Assembly (NCBI GenBank): GCA_964016885.1
Contig: CAXHJY010000943.1
Coordinates: 3,091-67,090 of the forward strand
From: Eledone cirrhosa
Lineage: Eukaryota
Length of the DNA: 64,000 nt
Direction of reading: 5' to 3'
How positions within the stretch are numbered: the stretch's first letter is position 1; each line of letters opens with the position of its first letter. Below, piece after piece: positions 1-18,045 of the stretch. Position numbers and translations under genes: made by a program. The notes beneath the pieces were generated by a model, which did no database searches, had not been told where the DNA came from, and saw only the letters and a list, made by a program, of their open reading frames with translations.

Positions 1-3211
<3,211 letters not shown>

Positions 3212-4394
3212 TTCTTCTTTTTGGTAAATATCATCTTGTTAAGAGAGTGGGACTAGCTTTGTGCAGTGCCTTTGCTCACTCTAAAAGCTTCACAGCACAG
3301 GCATTGTTTTATATCTGGAGATCTCTCTGCACTTGTCGTCACATGGTACCATAGGCCTAACACTATGTGTCAATAATTGTCACAAGTGTAGTGTTTGTAC
3401 CAGAGTTTTCAAGTCGCTGGCTGGACTAAAAAGTCACACTCGTTCAGCGCATCGGTAGGGGTTCTCCTACATGGATATAAAGTAGTGGCCGTACTCGAAA
3501 ACGAATTGGCAGCCACCATGTATGTATGCGTGTGTGTCTGTGTGTGTGTAATTATGACTCAACTCTTACTGACTTCAACTTCTCCCGAGAGAATTGATTT
3601 AATCAAATCAGCCGTCACAAAACCCTGTTCTTGTACCGACCGTGTTGCTGTTCTTTTGTTATTTTTATCTAGTAATTCTAATTTTTAGACATAGTCTTAA
3701 CTTATTTATTTACCAGTACTCTGTGGAAATATAAAAAATATAGAATAATCCAAATCAAAAGATTTATACTTAAGAAATATTATAGTTTATCTTTTTTACT
3801 GCACAACACCATACGAGAAGCCAAATCTTACGAATATTCTAATCCGCTATTACGTTGTTTGTGTTCAGGTTTCGTTGATAATGTTAGTGTTGATGATGTT
3901 GACGATGCGGTTGGTGATGTTGATGATGATGACGATGTTGTTGTTGTTAGTGTTCATGATGTCCATCATGATGTTACTGGTGTCTAAACCAAAATCTAAT
4001 AAAATAAATATATAAATAAATATATCTTGTTCGTATTTAATAGCAATGAAATAACTTCAATATGGTGACAGAACTAACTGAAATGTCATTTCGACATTTC
4101 TGTTCATAATTGGAATCTCTCAAAGATACATTCATTAGGTGCAATTCCAGTTTACATATATTTACAATAATAATTACTGTTTTCTAATTTAGGCACAAAG
4201 CCAACAATTTCGGAGGAAAGGGAATTCCGATTATATTGACTAGTTCTGGCTGATACTTTATTTTATCAACCTTGGAAATATGAAAAGCAAAGTTGACCTC
4301 GACGAGATTTGAATTCAGAACATAAAGAACCATAGCTAAATGCCACATAGCATTTTGTCCGACGCTCTCACGATTCTGTTAATTCACCACCTTA

Positions 4395-4500
4395 AAATAA
4401 TTGTTTCTACTTTAGGCACAAGGCCAGCAATTACCCAGTGCATTACTGGTACTTTATTTTATCGACCCAGTAAGGATGAAAGGCAAAGTCAACCTCGGCA
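4395..4500 (-). mobile_element. 5'-truncated copy of young tRNA-type SINE (SINE-A)
   Basis: tgtttctactttaggcacaaggccagcaattacccagtgcattactggtactttattttatcgaccc matches the 3' half of the full copies at 31419 and 52243; an older related copy lies at about 4170-4390. Confidence 0.85.
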
Positions 4501-5681
4501 AAATAATGGTTTCAGATTTAGTCACAATTGGATTGGACGTGAATGTTGATTTTATCGAACACAGTACTTATTGCTACTTCATTTCAACGACCCCACAAAG
4601 ATGACCAGCAATGCTGAACTCGGTTGAATGGTATCTGTTTTGGTTCGAGGCGTTCTGAGTTCAAATCTGTCAGCAGGAAAGCTTCTGCCAGGAATAAACA
4701 TGTAGATAATACTAGCAATGGAAAGACCGTCAAAAATAGAACCCGTTTGGTCCGATCTAACCATCGACTTCATTCCTTTTCCGTTTCCTAGATATAAAAA
4801 AAAACGACTGCTCTTCATTACTACAGAATTATTGGCCTTGCAGTTCAAGTGTCGAAGGAAATGCTATGAGGTATTTCCTTGCACTATATTTTTGACGTTT
4901 TGAGTTCGAATCCTATTTGTTTTTACAAGGTTGGTTACATAACATCATATTAACTGTTTCCTATAGTTTCCTTGGCTCAATCTGATCATCATCATTTTCT
5001 TTTCCAGCAGATGGCTACTTTATAAAGTTATTAGTGCAACTTGCATATTTCATGTTCATTTTATTGTATTGCATTATATTACAACGGCGTTGAACGATTC
5101 ATATATATCTCCCCGATGGCTTAATTATGTCGTGCACTAACATGAAACAAGCACACACGTTCGATAACACATTCACACATACACAGACACACACAAGCTG
5201 ACTTAAAGAGAAGAACTCAAATATGTCTAGAAGTACCACCGCTACCAACACTAAAACCTCTAATTCCAACCTCATAGTTTACACAAGAGGAAAAGTATAT
5301 CGAATAATATAATCCTAGATTGAAAAAAAAATGACGATCACAGTTTCAATGTCTTTGATCATAGTTCTGCTGCATGAAGTCATTTCTGTGGCTAAATAAT
5401 ACCCCCCCCCCCCTCTTCCCACATTCTCATTCTTTATTACTATATACGTAAGTTATATGTACACTTCTTATATACACTCCTCGATCCTTTCTTTGACCGT
5501 TCCAACTTAAACGATATAAAGAAACAATAACAGTAAAAAGTGAATCAGATCTATATTATAATACTTGGACTGGTTTTGTGTCCGTCTGTTACATTAATTG
5601 TGTGAAGGTGTAGTTTCTAAGAAGTTGTTTCTATTAGTTAAAAGCACGCGAGCAAAAGATGTAACATGCTGTAGTGGAAAT

Positions 5682-5850
5682 TGTGTGTGTGTGGTATGGT
5701 GTGGTGTGGTGTGGTGGTGTGGTGTGTGGTGTGGTGGTGGGTGGTGGGTGGTGGGTGGTGGGTGGTGTGTGGTGGGCGGTGTGTGGTGTGGTGCGTGGTG
5801 GTGTGGTGGGTGGTGTGTGGTGGTGTGGTGGTGTGGTGGTGTGGTGTGGT
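5682..5850. repeat. (GTG/GTGTG)n low-complexity tract
   Basis: Direct reading of sequence. Confidence 0.9.
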
Positions 5851-5949
5851 ATATATATATATATCACCAAGTATCTTTACAGTTTAGTGAAGAAATGTGA
5901 TTTAACAGAATATTGTATTCAGAAAACAATATGTCATATACTAGTAATA

Positions 5950-6045
5950 ATAATTGTTTCTACTATTGGCACAAGGCCAGCAAATACCCCAGTGTATTAC
6001 TGGTACTTTATTTTATCGACTCCGTAAGGATAAAAGGCAAAGTTA
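5950..6045 (-). mobile_element. 5'-truncated SINE-A copy
   Basis: Same 3' half as other SINE-A copies (ggcacaaggccagcaaatacccagtgtattactggtactttattttatcgac). Confidence 0.8.
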
Positions 6046-8738
6046 ACTAGTAATACTAATATCAACATCAATATCCTCTCTAGATCCATTACTATTGGAA
6101 GAGTTTAACTCAATTCCTTATGAAGGTGAATCCTTTCATTCATCAGAACTTTTTCTAATGGATATTTTATCTCAATGATTTGCCACTTCTATCGAAGGCT
6201 GATATTATCTACCGGTCACAAATCCTGACCGACATATGTGGAATTTCAACTTTAAAGACACCAAATCCTTCCCTTTGACTTATTAACAATTCCGCTAATC
6301 AACTGGCCCTGTATAAATATTTTATTCAACGATCCCGAAAGGAGGAAATGAAAATTTGACCTCAGCGAAATTTAAAATCTTAACAAGGTAGACCGGGGCA
6401 AACAAATATTAAGATACTTATTCCAACAACAAACAGCACAAACCTGCCGCACTTAACTATCACTACACCACTACACCCTCCAATATGACCAACTTCCCAC
6501 CCTCACCTTTCATTACCACCACCACCACTACCACCCCGACATGACTAACTTCCCAACCTCAAATCTCATTGCTCCTACACTCGCCTAACATGACCAACCC
6601 CCCATCCTCAACTCTCATTGCCCCTACCCCCACCTAACCTGACCAACTTCCCACCCTCAACTCTTATTACCCACCACAAATCCCAATATGTCACCACATG
6701 TACAACCATGAAAGACCAGTAACGCCACCACACGGTCACATTCTCGGAAGCTTTTAAAATAATTGAGGACAATTTGAACACAATGTTTCTATTGTTATAA
6801 CCACAGACACTTAAAACATATATATATAGATAGATATACTTACGTACATAATACATACATACACATGCATACATACGTACATACATACATACATACATAC
6901 ATACGTACATAGACATATATATATGCTTACATATATACCTACGTACATACATATATGCATGCATACAGTACATACCTGCGTACATATATATATATATATA
7001 TATGCATACATACCTATGTACATAAATATACACATGCATACATACATTACATTACATATGTACTGATAAATGCAAACACACATACACACACACACATATA
7101 TATATATATAAAATGCAGCTACAAACACAGCTACAAAATCAGACACACACACACACACACACACATGTCACAAACAATGCACCAGCATGCATAATATATG
7201 TGTAATATGATATAATAACAAGTTGCAGCAGGTCGTTAAGATGTAATACAATTTATAAGAAGCATTCCAAACTATTGTTGCATTAGCTTCTCAGGGTTTT
7301 ATATCTTAATTAGTGGTTAATTTGACATTCTTAAGACCCAAGATCAGCGCTAGCATTAAGGGAGCCGTCGTATGCGCGCACATGAGAGAGGCGCCTTACC
7401 GAACCTTAAAGGATCACAAGCTTATAGAAATGTGTATAATTATTTAAATATATATTTTAATTCGCTGTGATCAAATAAATAAGTAGCTACACGTCTTCGT
7501 TGGGAGCAGCATTATGACAATACCCAAAGCGACGGAGAGAGTCCCATGTTATGTTCATCATTTGGTGTGGGTAAGTGTAGATTGTGTAGTAGAAAATGCA
7601 GGCTTATTAATTTTTTAGTGTGGCCAGAGCGAGAAATATGAAAAAAATAGGTTCTTCATCTTGCCAAACTGGAAGAATACGGCACATAAGTGGAAAGGTG
7701 GATTGCTAACCGGGAGAAAAGGATATACATTGAACAGCCTGGGGCACTGAATACACAGATGAAGGCACTAAAAGGAGGGTAACTGGAATACGGTTCAAGG
7801 GTTTGACATTTTCTGACGAAATAGGCAATGTGATTAACGTCATGTATACAAAGAAACACTACACCCCTGACTGAGGGGCACCGCATCTCCGACCCGACGA
7901 CAAAGTGGCAAACATCGTTGCTACAGAGAATAGCCAAAGACAACCACTGTAATAGCTACCCCACCTCACAGGGCTCCCACTTCTAGCAGGCCGCTGTCTT
8001 TCCTACCTTACGGAGGAAATCAGCCGTGTGGGGACCAAGCGCTTATGCATACAAAAAAAAAAAGAACATAAAAAAGAATTCATAAAAAGAAGACAAAATC
8101 AGAAGAGAGACATTAATATACGCCTACACACATCATACATGTATGTATATATTTATGTACTAATCTGTATCTTCTGATAGAAGTGTTGGGATGTTGTAGT
8201 GAAATATGGCAGGTTCTCGGCATATTAAAACTGACGAAGTCTATCCCCTCTCAGTCAATGTCTTCAATGAAAGAAGAGCGTGGGGTTAATATGGAGGAAG
8301 TTTAAAAACAAAACAACAGAAAATGACATGGGTAAAGAAGCAATCCAGCACGGCACTGGTATTTTATTTATCGACTTCGAAAGGATGAAAGACGAAGATG
8401 TCTTCGGCAGGTTTGGAGCTCGGGACCCAAAGAGCGTGAACAAATAACGCAAAGTACTCTGGCCGACGTTCTATTGATTCTACCAATTTGCCGCATACAC
8501 ACAGATACATAATTTCAAATATCATAGCACAATCGCCCACAAACACCCATAACACACAAAGGTATAAATAGTAATACTAACACATGTTTATTGAACAAAG
8601 TTTGAAAACTGCCGCCTACCAAACACAGTAAACACACACACACGAAGGCAACTTTAACGTGCGTGCGTGCGTGTGTGTGGTGAGAGAGAGAGAGAGAAGG
8701 CTAGAGAGAGAGAGAAAGTTGCATAGGAAGATAGATAA

Positions 8739-8830
8739 CTTTCTTTTTAATTGCCACTAGGGCGTCAAAGAGTGGGACAAGTACAATGGGGGGAGTTTAC
8801 ATAAAAAGGCGTCCTCAATAAGGAGGAGGC
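8739..8830 (-). mobile_element. Short diverged 3'-end fragment of the same LINE family as 9133-10085
   Basis: ctttctttttaattgccactagggcg...gggggagtttacataaaa aligns with atctttctttatttgccacaggagcg...gggggttttacataaaa; next to GATA repeats. Confidence 0.6.
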
Positions 8831-9132
8831 AATAACAAAATAACAAAATATAAGATATAAAATATAACAAAAATAGATAGGAAGATAGATAGAAGGGTAA
8901 ATATCGATAGATAAATAGATATAGATATATTTAGATGGATACATCAATAAATATAGACAAGCAGATAAATAGGATAACTTCCATGAGTTTGGCTGGTCTC
9001 GCCTTGGGGATCCAGCCGGATCAGTTGGAAATGGTTGCTTTTGACAGGACCTGCGCTAGAAGGAGTGTTTGAGAACTCTGCCCTCACTACCCTCTCAGGA
9101 ATAAGTGGGAGAAGATAGATAGATAGATAGAT

Positions 9133-10085
9133 ATCTTTCTTTATTTGCCACAGGAGCGTACAAAAGGGGGACATTACAAAACGTAACGGCGGGGGTTTTA
9201 CATAAAAATAACTTTAACATTAATAAATAACAATAAACTATATATAATAAAATAACAATTGAAATCCCCAGTAGTGGGGAACGTTACTGCAGGGTTGTTT
9301 TACACCCCGTGGATAGAACAACCCTCAACACCAGGAACATGTTTTGTAGGTGTTCCTGTCTTCCCTCTGTCTTCCTCAACCTACAGGTTTATATACAGAG
9401 AAGGACCAGTCACTCGGGCCATTTTTGCCACATTCACCCACCTTTCAGCGAATTTACTGGGGTGTAGCACCTCTCTCTCCACTCTCACCTTCCTTCTGAA
9501 GTGATACTTAAAGAAGGGGATAAGTTGTTGACCGGAGAGAAAGGTGTTTGCCCTCAGTCCTTTTAACCTTGTCCACCATATTACCTCTTTCGCCGTAGCC
9601 ACCAGACAGGGGAAAACCGCCTCTCCGTTCTTAAATGAAGGCGGCGGGGTGATCCTCACGATGGACTCGGCTGACAACTGGATGCGTCCCACACGTGACA
9701 GCAGCTGTTCGACACAATTCCACAGGTCGGTCACCCCTGGGCACTGAACAATTGCGTGCAGAACGGTTTCGATGTCCTGCTCGCATCTTGGACGGGTCCT
9801 TTTTGCAGGATCTCTGCCAGGGCGTCCATGCCTGTAGATTTTGTCTCGAACTGGTAGAGCTCCTCGGTAGCACTGCCAGGCCAGAGACCTCTGGAAGTTA
9901 TTCATAGGCCCTGGACGGAAAGTCCTCCCGAACAGACTAGAGTTTCCCCGAGAACGTCGTCGCACTTATCCTCCACTAATCCCCTATAGAATGTCGAAGT
10001 GGAGTCTCCGCTGATTGCTGTTTCCGCTTGGTAAAGGGCTGTGAGCGCCTGTAGGCACTCGAGGTGCCAAGAGATGACAGACTGC
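9133..10085 (-). mobile_element. 5'-truncated L1/Tx1-clade non-LTR retrotransposon (ORF2 C-terminal zinc-finger region + 3' UTR)
   Basis: ORF 9381-9965 has LAWQCYRGALPV...(C)PRCEQDIETVLHAIVQCP..LW, the zf-RVT-type motif of L1/Tx1 ORF2 (first Cys mutated); 3' UTR ends AATAAA followed by (TATC)n. Confidence 0.85.
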
Positions 10086-11180
10086 CCATGCGTATATCAT
10101 CAATTTAGACGTTGTAAAAGTTTTGAGCAACGCATGCTGACCATTCAATCACTATTTCGTTGATATCGTCTGCATTTATTTTTAAAAACCGTCTAGAAAA
10201 ACAACACCAAACAAAACAAACCCCTAAATACTTTGTACTCCACCTTCCCTCTTGTCCCTTTCTTTTTATCACCCCCCCCCCTCCCATTATTCTCTCTATT
10301 TAGTTCCAAACCTTTATAGCATCTCTATCTCTCTCTTTTACATCGTTTACATCATGTTACTACAACTACGACCATCACTACTACTACTACTACTACTAAC
10401 ATCACTACTACTACTAACAAAAGCATCATCATCACCATCATCAACACCGCTACTACCTTCAGAGATTCAATTTCTCCTCTCACCACCACTTTTCTCTAGT
10501 TTCCTCCTCCTCTCCCCCACCCCTCCTCCTCTCTCTCCTCCACCCCTCCACCTCTCTCCTCCACCCCTCTTCCTCTCTCGTCCCTTCCTCCTCTCTCTCA
10601 TCCCCACCTCCTCCTCTCGTGATTCTTACTTTCTCAGTCTCCTCCGCCAGGCCACACTTTCACCTCTCCTCATAAATTCAACTCCCCCTCTGCCAATATA
10701 GAAAAAGAAAGTAAAGGTATGTAGGAGAAGCTCTCCTCCTCCTCCTACTACCATATATTGTCCTTTATCTCTATCAACTCCTTCCTCGTACTCTACTCTA
10801 TATTACATTTCTGCTTTCTCCTCCCCTTCCTCATACTAACACTCCTTTCTAGCTACTTCATCCCACGCCTTTCTCGTTGATTATTCCATTTCTTATCACC
10901 CCTAAACCCCTGCCTCTTCTTATTTCTCTCTCCTTTTTTTCCAGCACCTCATAATTCTTGCACTCTCCTCACACTTCGTTTTACCTTTTCTCCTCCACCC
11001 ATCTCTAGATTTCATGTATTTCCAATGTCCTCCTACCCGTGTATATTATTATGTCACGTTGTTCCCCCTTCAGCTCTCCCAATTTGATTTTCTCCTCTTC
11101 CCTACACTCACTCATTGCCACAACTATTTCTGCCACAGCCTCAGCAGACGACTAAGTCAAGTTCACTGTAACCTAGCTTC

Positions 11181-12080
<900 letters not shown>

Positions 12081-12294
12081 CATTCTGTCTACGTCTTCCC
12101 TCCCCTCCCCCAACCTTCTCTATCTACCTGTTGCTGTTTCACATGCAAACTTTATCTTTTCATCTTTCTTATTCTCCCCCCCCCCACACACTTAGTACTT
12201 TGTGTTTCTTACCAGAAGTGCAGACAGTCATCGTGTTTAGGGGGAGGGCTAACGTGATGACACTCCTCATCCGGCTCTTTCATACATCGCGCCC

Positions 12295-12369
12295 TCATCA
12301 TCATCTTCACAGTCATCATCATCATCATCATCATCACCATGACGATCAACATCATCTTCACAATCATCG

Positions 12370-12405
<36 letters not shown>

Positions 12406-12665
12406 CGATCGGCATCAACTTCAGTCATCATCATCATCATCACCACCTTGACGATCAGCATCATCTTCACAATCACCACCACCATCATCATCATCATGAC
12501 GATCAGCATCATCTTCACAATCATCATCATCATCATCACGATCGGCATCATCTTCACAATCATCATCACGATCGGCATCATCTTCACAATCATCATCATC
12601 ATCACGATCAGCATCATCTTCACAATCATCATCATCATCATCATCATCACGATCGGCATCATCAC

Positions 12666-12697
<32 letters not shown>

Positions 12698-13190
12698 CGA
12701 TCGGCATCATCTTCACAATCATCATCATCATCATCACGATCGGCATCATCTTCACACTCATCATCATCATCATCATCACGATCAGCATCATCTTCACAAT
12801 CATCATCATCATCATCATCATCATCACGATCGGCATCATCTTCACAGTCATCATCATCATCATCATCTTCACAGTCATCATCATCACAATCATCATCATC
12901 ATCGTGATCTCCTTCGGCCTCATCACCAATATCAAAACCACCATCATCATCACCATCCCCACCATCCCCATCACCGGCCTTATCACCTCTATATCATCAC
13001 CACTGCTAACACCCCCACTATCATAATCACCATCACCGCCACCATCATCATCATAACCATCACCATCACCATCACCATCAGCCTTATTATCATCACCATT
13101 ATCAAAATCAACTCCAACTTCATCACCACCACCACCATCGTCATCACCACCACCACCATCGTCACCACCACCACCACCACCACCACCATA
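12295..13190. repeat. (CAT)n-derived compound repeat with recurring cacgatcggcatcatcttcacaat interruption, grading to (CAC)n
   Basis: Direct reading; source of spurious poly-His/Met/Ile ORFs. Confidence 0.93.
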
Positions 13191-14246
13191 TTAAATCTAC
13201 ATTATGTTTCTTTTTACACCTTGTGCTACTCTCTTTCAATATCAATGTTTTCCTCTCACTAACTCATTCTCAACATCTTTTCTTCTCTCTCACTCCTTCT
13301 CTCCTTTTCATTCTCCCTCTATCATTCTATATTCTTTCATTCATTCATACACTCTCTATCTCCCAGTCATTTCACCTCCTACTCTTCAAGCACCCACACC
13401 CACACACATTAATATAGACACACACATGCGCACATCCTTCTACATTTATATTTACAAATATATACGCGCACACACACACACACATATTCACAACATATAC
13501 ACACAAACAGACCACAGGCATTCACAGTTAAATACATACAAAAATGCATGTATCCTCCCCGTACACATATACAGAGACACTCCTAATATTCAGTTATAAA
13601 CATGCATACATGCATGTATTGTCAGCGTTTTCACATACTCACAAACGCGCACACACACACACACATACATTTAATTCATGCAAACACATCCATACAGGCG
13701 TCCATAGGTATTTACACAAATATAAAAAAAAACACCAACAACAGTATAGTATAAGTAGAATCAGACATAGCCGTGTGTTGAAGTTCGATTCATCACAACG
13801 TATTTCCGAGTTCGATTTCACTGAACAGCACTTTGACAATTGTTTTCTGCAATTGCCTATGATTGAGCAATGAGTTATATGTGGAATTTGATGTAAAGAA
13901 GACTGTCATATATAAATATAAAAGTAAAGAAACCTTTGGACGAGTGTGCAAGGGTTTGCACCAAAGAAAGTTGACCTCCGTGTCACAAGTCCTAGCAAGG
14001 TTGTTTGTGGAAAACCAGCAGTCACCCATGCATTCCAATCTCCCCTCTTCACGTCACCGATATTGTCTAAGAGAAAGGCTAAGGTCGATGCAGTTTGGCA
14101 CCAGTGACGTCGCAACCCGTTTCTACACTTGAATAAACCGGAGCAAACTGAACTAAAGTATCTTGCTCAAAAATCGAACGTATAACTTCACGATTGTAAG
14201 CCCGACACTTTAACCACTAAGCAATGCGCCTTTATATATATATATA

Positions 14247-14393
14247 GGGATTTTCTACTAGCATTTTAAGGGGTCCGACGAGCTGCGGATTATAGAGTCG
14301 GGTAAGATCGATACAGATCGAACATTGAGCTGATCAGTGGCGAAACGCGCGTCACCTACCAATAAATGTAATGAAGGAGTAACCAATCGTCCT
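14247..14393 (+). mobile_element. (TA)n-embedded mini-element with degenerate type-I hammerhead (14271-14357) followed by AATAAA
   Basis: ggt-CCGACGA-gctgcggatt...gatcagtggc-GAAA-CGCGCG-TC-acc; stem I ggt/acc, long stem II, palindromic stem III; core has a U4C change; TA runs on both sides. Confidence 0.7.
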
Positions 14394-14405
14394 TATATAT
14401 CTCTT

Positions 14406-14445
<40 letters not shown>

Positions 14446-15169
14446 AAGTAAACCGAAATAACAAAGCAAACGACACAGTACAATGAAGTAGAGAGAGATA
14501 TAGAGAAAGAGATATAGAGAAAGAGATATAGAGAAAGAGAAAGAGAGAAAGTGTGTGTGTGTGTGTTGAAGGTGTTGTGGCTGTAGTCTTGTCTTACGTG
14601 AAACCTAATGTGCCGTGTTGCACTCCATTAAGTTAAAACATAACGATGCAATTCAATAAACTAACCAATCAGTTACAGCAGAGACTAGGCTTTAGTAGAA
14701 CGTGTTTTTTTGGCGCAATATCCTTTCTCCTTTTCATATAAGATACCCACCATTAATCCCCTTCGTACCAAACCGCTTGCAACTGTCCACGGTTCTCTAG
14801 TAGAAAGTTATTTATTTTAAAGTGTTCAGATTCATCTATAAACTTCATAATTTATGCTCTAAACACCAGATATATAATGAAAACATTATATGACCAACTC
14901 CCATAAATTATTATTTTCAAATTGAATTAAAAACTATACGCCTGTTTTTTTTTTTCCATTTGTTATAAGCTAACGAAGGAGGCGAATTGGTAGAGTCTTT
15001 AGAATGTTGGATTGAATGCTTTGGGGTATTCGTTCCGACACTTTAAGGGGTGAATTGAATTAAATTTATTGCATTTTTTTACACGAAAGAATATTTCAGA
15101 AGAATTATTCCATAAAACCGATTATTACTTCATTAAGAATAATTGTCATATATATATTATTCCACTCAG

Positions 15170-15538
15170 AGCAACATCGAGTATTTTATACACTTAACAG
15201 TTGAAATATACTATGAATTCACACCTTCACCACAATGAATACCGGCGTTCGACCGAAGCTGCAAGAAATATTCATGTAAACACACATTTTTATATATCTA
15301 ATCCTGTTAGTATGCTTTCACTGTGGATTGAAAAAGATAAATAGCTTGAAACGACTTTCAAACTCCGTTGAAATATTAGAAATTAGATTAAAAATTACAC
15401 CTTTTGAAGTCGAAGAATAGCTCGGATGAAACACATCTCAACTATGGTTTGCTAATTTCTTGTGCAACTAAGTATACTGAACTCGTCCTTTGGACTGAGT
15501 GCTCTACCAACTTGGGCTGTAATCTCTTGTTTTTTTAC

Positions 15539-15541
<3 letters not shown>
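15170..15541 (+). mobile_element. Diverged relative of TA-targeted family C (see 47168-47372)
   Basis: aactcgtcctttggactgagtgctctacc...taccac(TA)n matches the reverse complement of the family C tail; upstream gaaacacatctcaactatggt resembles gaaacaattgttctcgatatggt; 5' boundary approximate. Confidence 0.6.
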
Positions 15542-15575
<34 letters not shown>

Positions 15576-15826
15576 GATTCAGTAGATTTGTGTTTTACTG
15601 AAGAAGATACCAATTGTAGGACTCAATGCTATAGTAGAGTATGTATCAAGAACAAAACGAGGTTTCACAGATGGGTGGCACAGGATTCATATTAGTATCA
15701 TATACGTGATTCTAATCACTATCTACTCACCAGACTTGTTAATCAGGCAAAACCAAAATCACATCTGCGGGCACCCTAATTCACATGTTATATATATATA
15801 CATTGATATACCAACTTATACATACG

Positions 15827-15883
<57 letters not shown>

Positions 15884-15887
<4 letters not shown>

Positions 15888-16060
15888 AAATTCAGGACCC
15901 CGACAGCTAAATCCGAACTCAGTTCGGATGTCTCTGTCGAAACGGCCGGAGCTCTGCCGTCGTGGACCTGAATCTTTTCATATTACCCACTCTACTACCC
16001 CAAGTATCGAGTACTCTGGTGGGTTATGGTCCACCTGTTATTTACCATACCCTATCTGAA
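15884..16060 (+). mobile_element. TA-targeted hairpin+tail mini-element, family A (older copy)
   Basis: Homologous to the reverse complement of 42545-42740; imperfect inverted arm at the left end, tail ends at (TA)n. Confidence 0.8.
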
Positions 16061-16182
16061 ATATATATATATATATATATATATATTCAAGGTATATAAC
16101 ACAGGTATATACGACTTTTTATTATCTGTAATAATTTTAGAGATTTTGGTAATGTGCTGAATAAATATTTTCATATATATAA

Positions 16183-16222
<40 letters not shown>

Positions 16223-16361
16223 TATATATATATATACACACATATATATATACACATATATATATATATATATACACATATATATATATATACACATATA
16301 TATATATATATACACATATATATATATATATGCTTTTTTCCACTCACACTATGCTAAACCC

Positions 16362-17270
16362 ATGGCCTCCAAATACCTGATACTCAAAAACTCAGCAATG
16401 TCCAGTAGTGCTAAGTTTAATATTCTGATCGCAGATTTGGTACGAGTGATGAAGAATGTGTCCAGCATGTGCGACCCAACAGAAATGGAAGGACACATCC
16501 AACACTTCATCAACCGCATGCAGTTCTCTGGCTACAACCAAAGAGACAGAATCAGAGTATACGAAGGAGCCATGGAAAAGTATAAGACCCTCATAGAACT
16601 GGACATGAAAGGAATTTGCCCACTATACAGGAGCAAATCATGGAATAGCTTAGATAGGGCTAGACATAAGATAGGGAAGGCCACATCATGGTACGACAAC
16701 CAGAGATATCAGAGTGTCATGTTTGTGGACGCCACCCCTGGAGGGAAATTAGCTAACCAGTGTAGAAAGGCCCTGAGAAAGACCCACTTAAAAATAAAGG
16801 TGGTAGAAAAGCCAGGAACCACCATAAAATCCCTGATCAGCAAAACCTACCCTTTTAAGAAAACCCACTGTACCAATAGGAAATGTATCATATGTAAGGT
16901 GAACCCCCGGATAAACTGTAAAACTAGAAACGTAGTCTATAGCATAAGATGTACAGAGGGTACTTGCAGAAACACGACAACAACATACATAGGTGAGACA
17001 GCTCGTAGCATAGGTGAAAGGATAGACCAACACTGGGGGGAACTAAAAGGACGAAAAAACGGGTCAGTACTATACGAACATGCTAGACAACAACATGACG
17101 GTAACATAGACAACATAGAAATTAGAATAATATCTAAACATAGGAATGACCCAGCAGATAGGCAAATCAGAGAGGCCAGTGAAATAGAAATTAGAAGACC
17201 AAAGCTAAACAGAAAGAATGAGTGGAACAACAACACCCAAACAAACAACACTGACCTAAGAGAAGTATAA
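16362..17270 (+). CDS. Penelope-like element polyprotein, C-terminal part (RT thumb, Cys-rich linker, GIY-YIG endonuclease); RT core missing
   Basis: 302 aa open; upstream in-frame HYAKP; [25 protein letters not shown]...YIGETAR..ERI..H, H...H, REA..I, PKLN..E motifs typical of PLE GIY-YIG proteins. Confidence 0.92.
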   Translation: MASKYLILKNSAMSSSAKFNILIADLVRVMKNVSSMCDPTEMEGHIQHFINRMQFSGYNQRDRIRVYEGAMEKYKTLIELDMKGICPLYRSKSWNSLDRARHKIGKATSWYDNQRYQSVMFVDATPGGKLANQCRKALRKTHLKIKVVEKPGTTIKSLISKTYPFKKTHCTNRKCIICKVNPRINCKTRNVVYSIRCTEGTCRNTTTTYIGETARSIGERIDQHWGELKGRKNGSVLYEHARQQHDGNIDNIEIRIISKHRNDPADRQIREASEIEIRRPKLNRKNEWNNNTQTNNTDLREV

Positions 17271-17552
17271 ATAAATAAGTAAATTAAATAAAATAAAATA
17301 AGATAAATAAATACATACACAAGCACATAAACACACACTAGTCACCCAGCAGACACAACACTATACACACTAGTCACACATCACACATAACACTATACAC
17401 ACACGCAAACGCATGCGCAAAGAAGACAAAATAAAATAAGATAAACAAACAAGCAAATAAATAAATAAATATATAGACAGACTGAACACAAAAAAAAAAA
17501 AAAAAAAATGGCGTAGACATACAACACAACAGGAGGAACAATGAATATAACA

Positions 17553-17592
17553 CCACTGACGATGTTGCAGATGTGCAACGAAAGATTTATGT
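17553..17592 (+). ncRNA. Minimal type-I hammerhead ribozyme in the PLE 3' UTR
   Basis: ca-CTGACGA-t-gttgca-gatg-tgcaac-GAAA-gatt-TA-tg; perfect 6-bp stem II; stem I only about 2 bp. Confidence 0.75.
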
Positions 17593-17714
17593 AAATTATG
17601 TAAACTATATATATATGTGTTTGTCTATATTGTATCTGTATTATTTTTGACCGCCGGTCAGTCAATGGCAACATTGAGGACCGAGTAAGTTAGATCGCAG
17701 ATATATATATATAT

Positions 17715-17812
17715 AAAAGACAGCGAGAAGCGAAAACCAACCAAACAGTGAGTGTGTTCTGTTATTAATTCTGGCAATATTACGCAAATATGACCCTCCC
17801 CAAATATAACAA
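17715..17812. mobile_element. Fragment of the hairpin family seen at 56931-57110
   Basis: gtgagtgtgttctgttattaattctggcaatattac..aaatatgaccctccccaaatataac matches 57042-57107; TA-flanked. Confidence 0.7.
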
Positions 17813-18000
17813 TATATATATATATATATATATATATTTGTGGAATAATTTGGTATCATGTTGCTAAAATCTTTAGGAGAAAATAACTTAGTAACTTGAG
17901 CTAATATCCAGAATAACAGAAAAATAATGACATTTATATCTGAAAACAGACGAGCAGATAAATGTATCCGTTCATACAGACACACTTCCCGTATATTTAT

Positions 18001-18004
<4 letters not shown>

Positions 18005-18045
<41 letters not shown>

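Larger units (their letters stand above)
16331..17700 (+). mobile_element. 5'-truncated Penelope-like retroelement inserted in (TA)n
   Basis: Contains the RT-thumb/linker/GIY-YIG ORF and a 3' UTR hammerhead; both ends abut TA-type microsatellite; 3' boundary approximate. Confidence 0.88.

Noticed and set aside
12267-13262. Poly-His / poly-Met ORFs
   Set aside because: (CAT)n-derived repeat open in several frames.
15572-15790. TA-flanked island with CTGAAGA and a gatac/gtatc stem
   Set aside because: GAAA and stem I/III not identifiable; probably a mobile fragment but unassignable.
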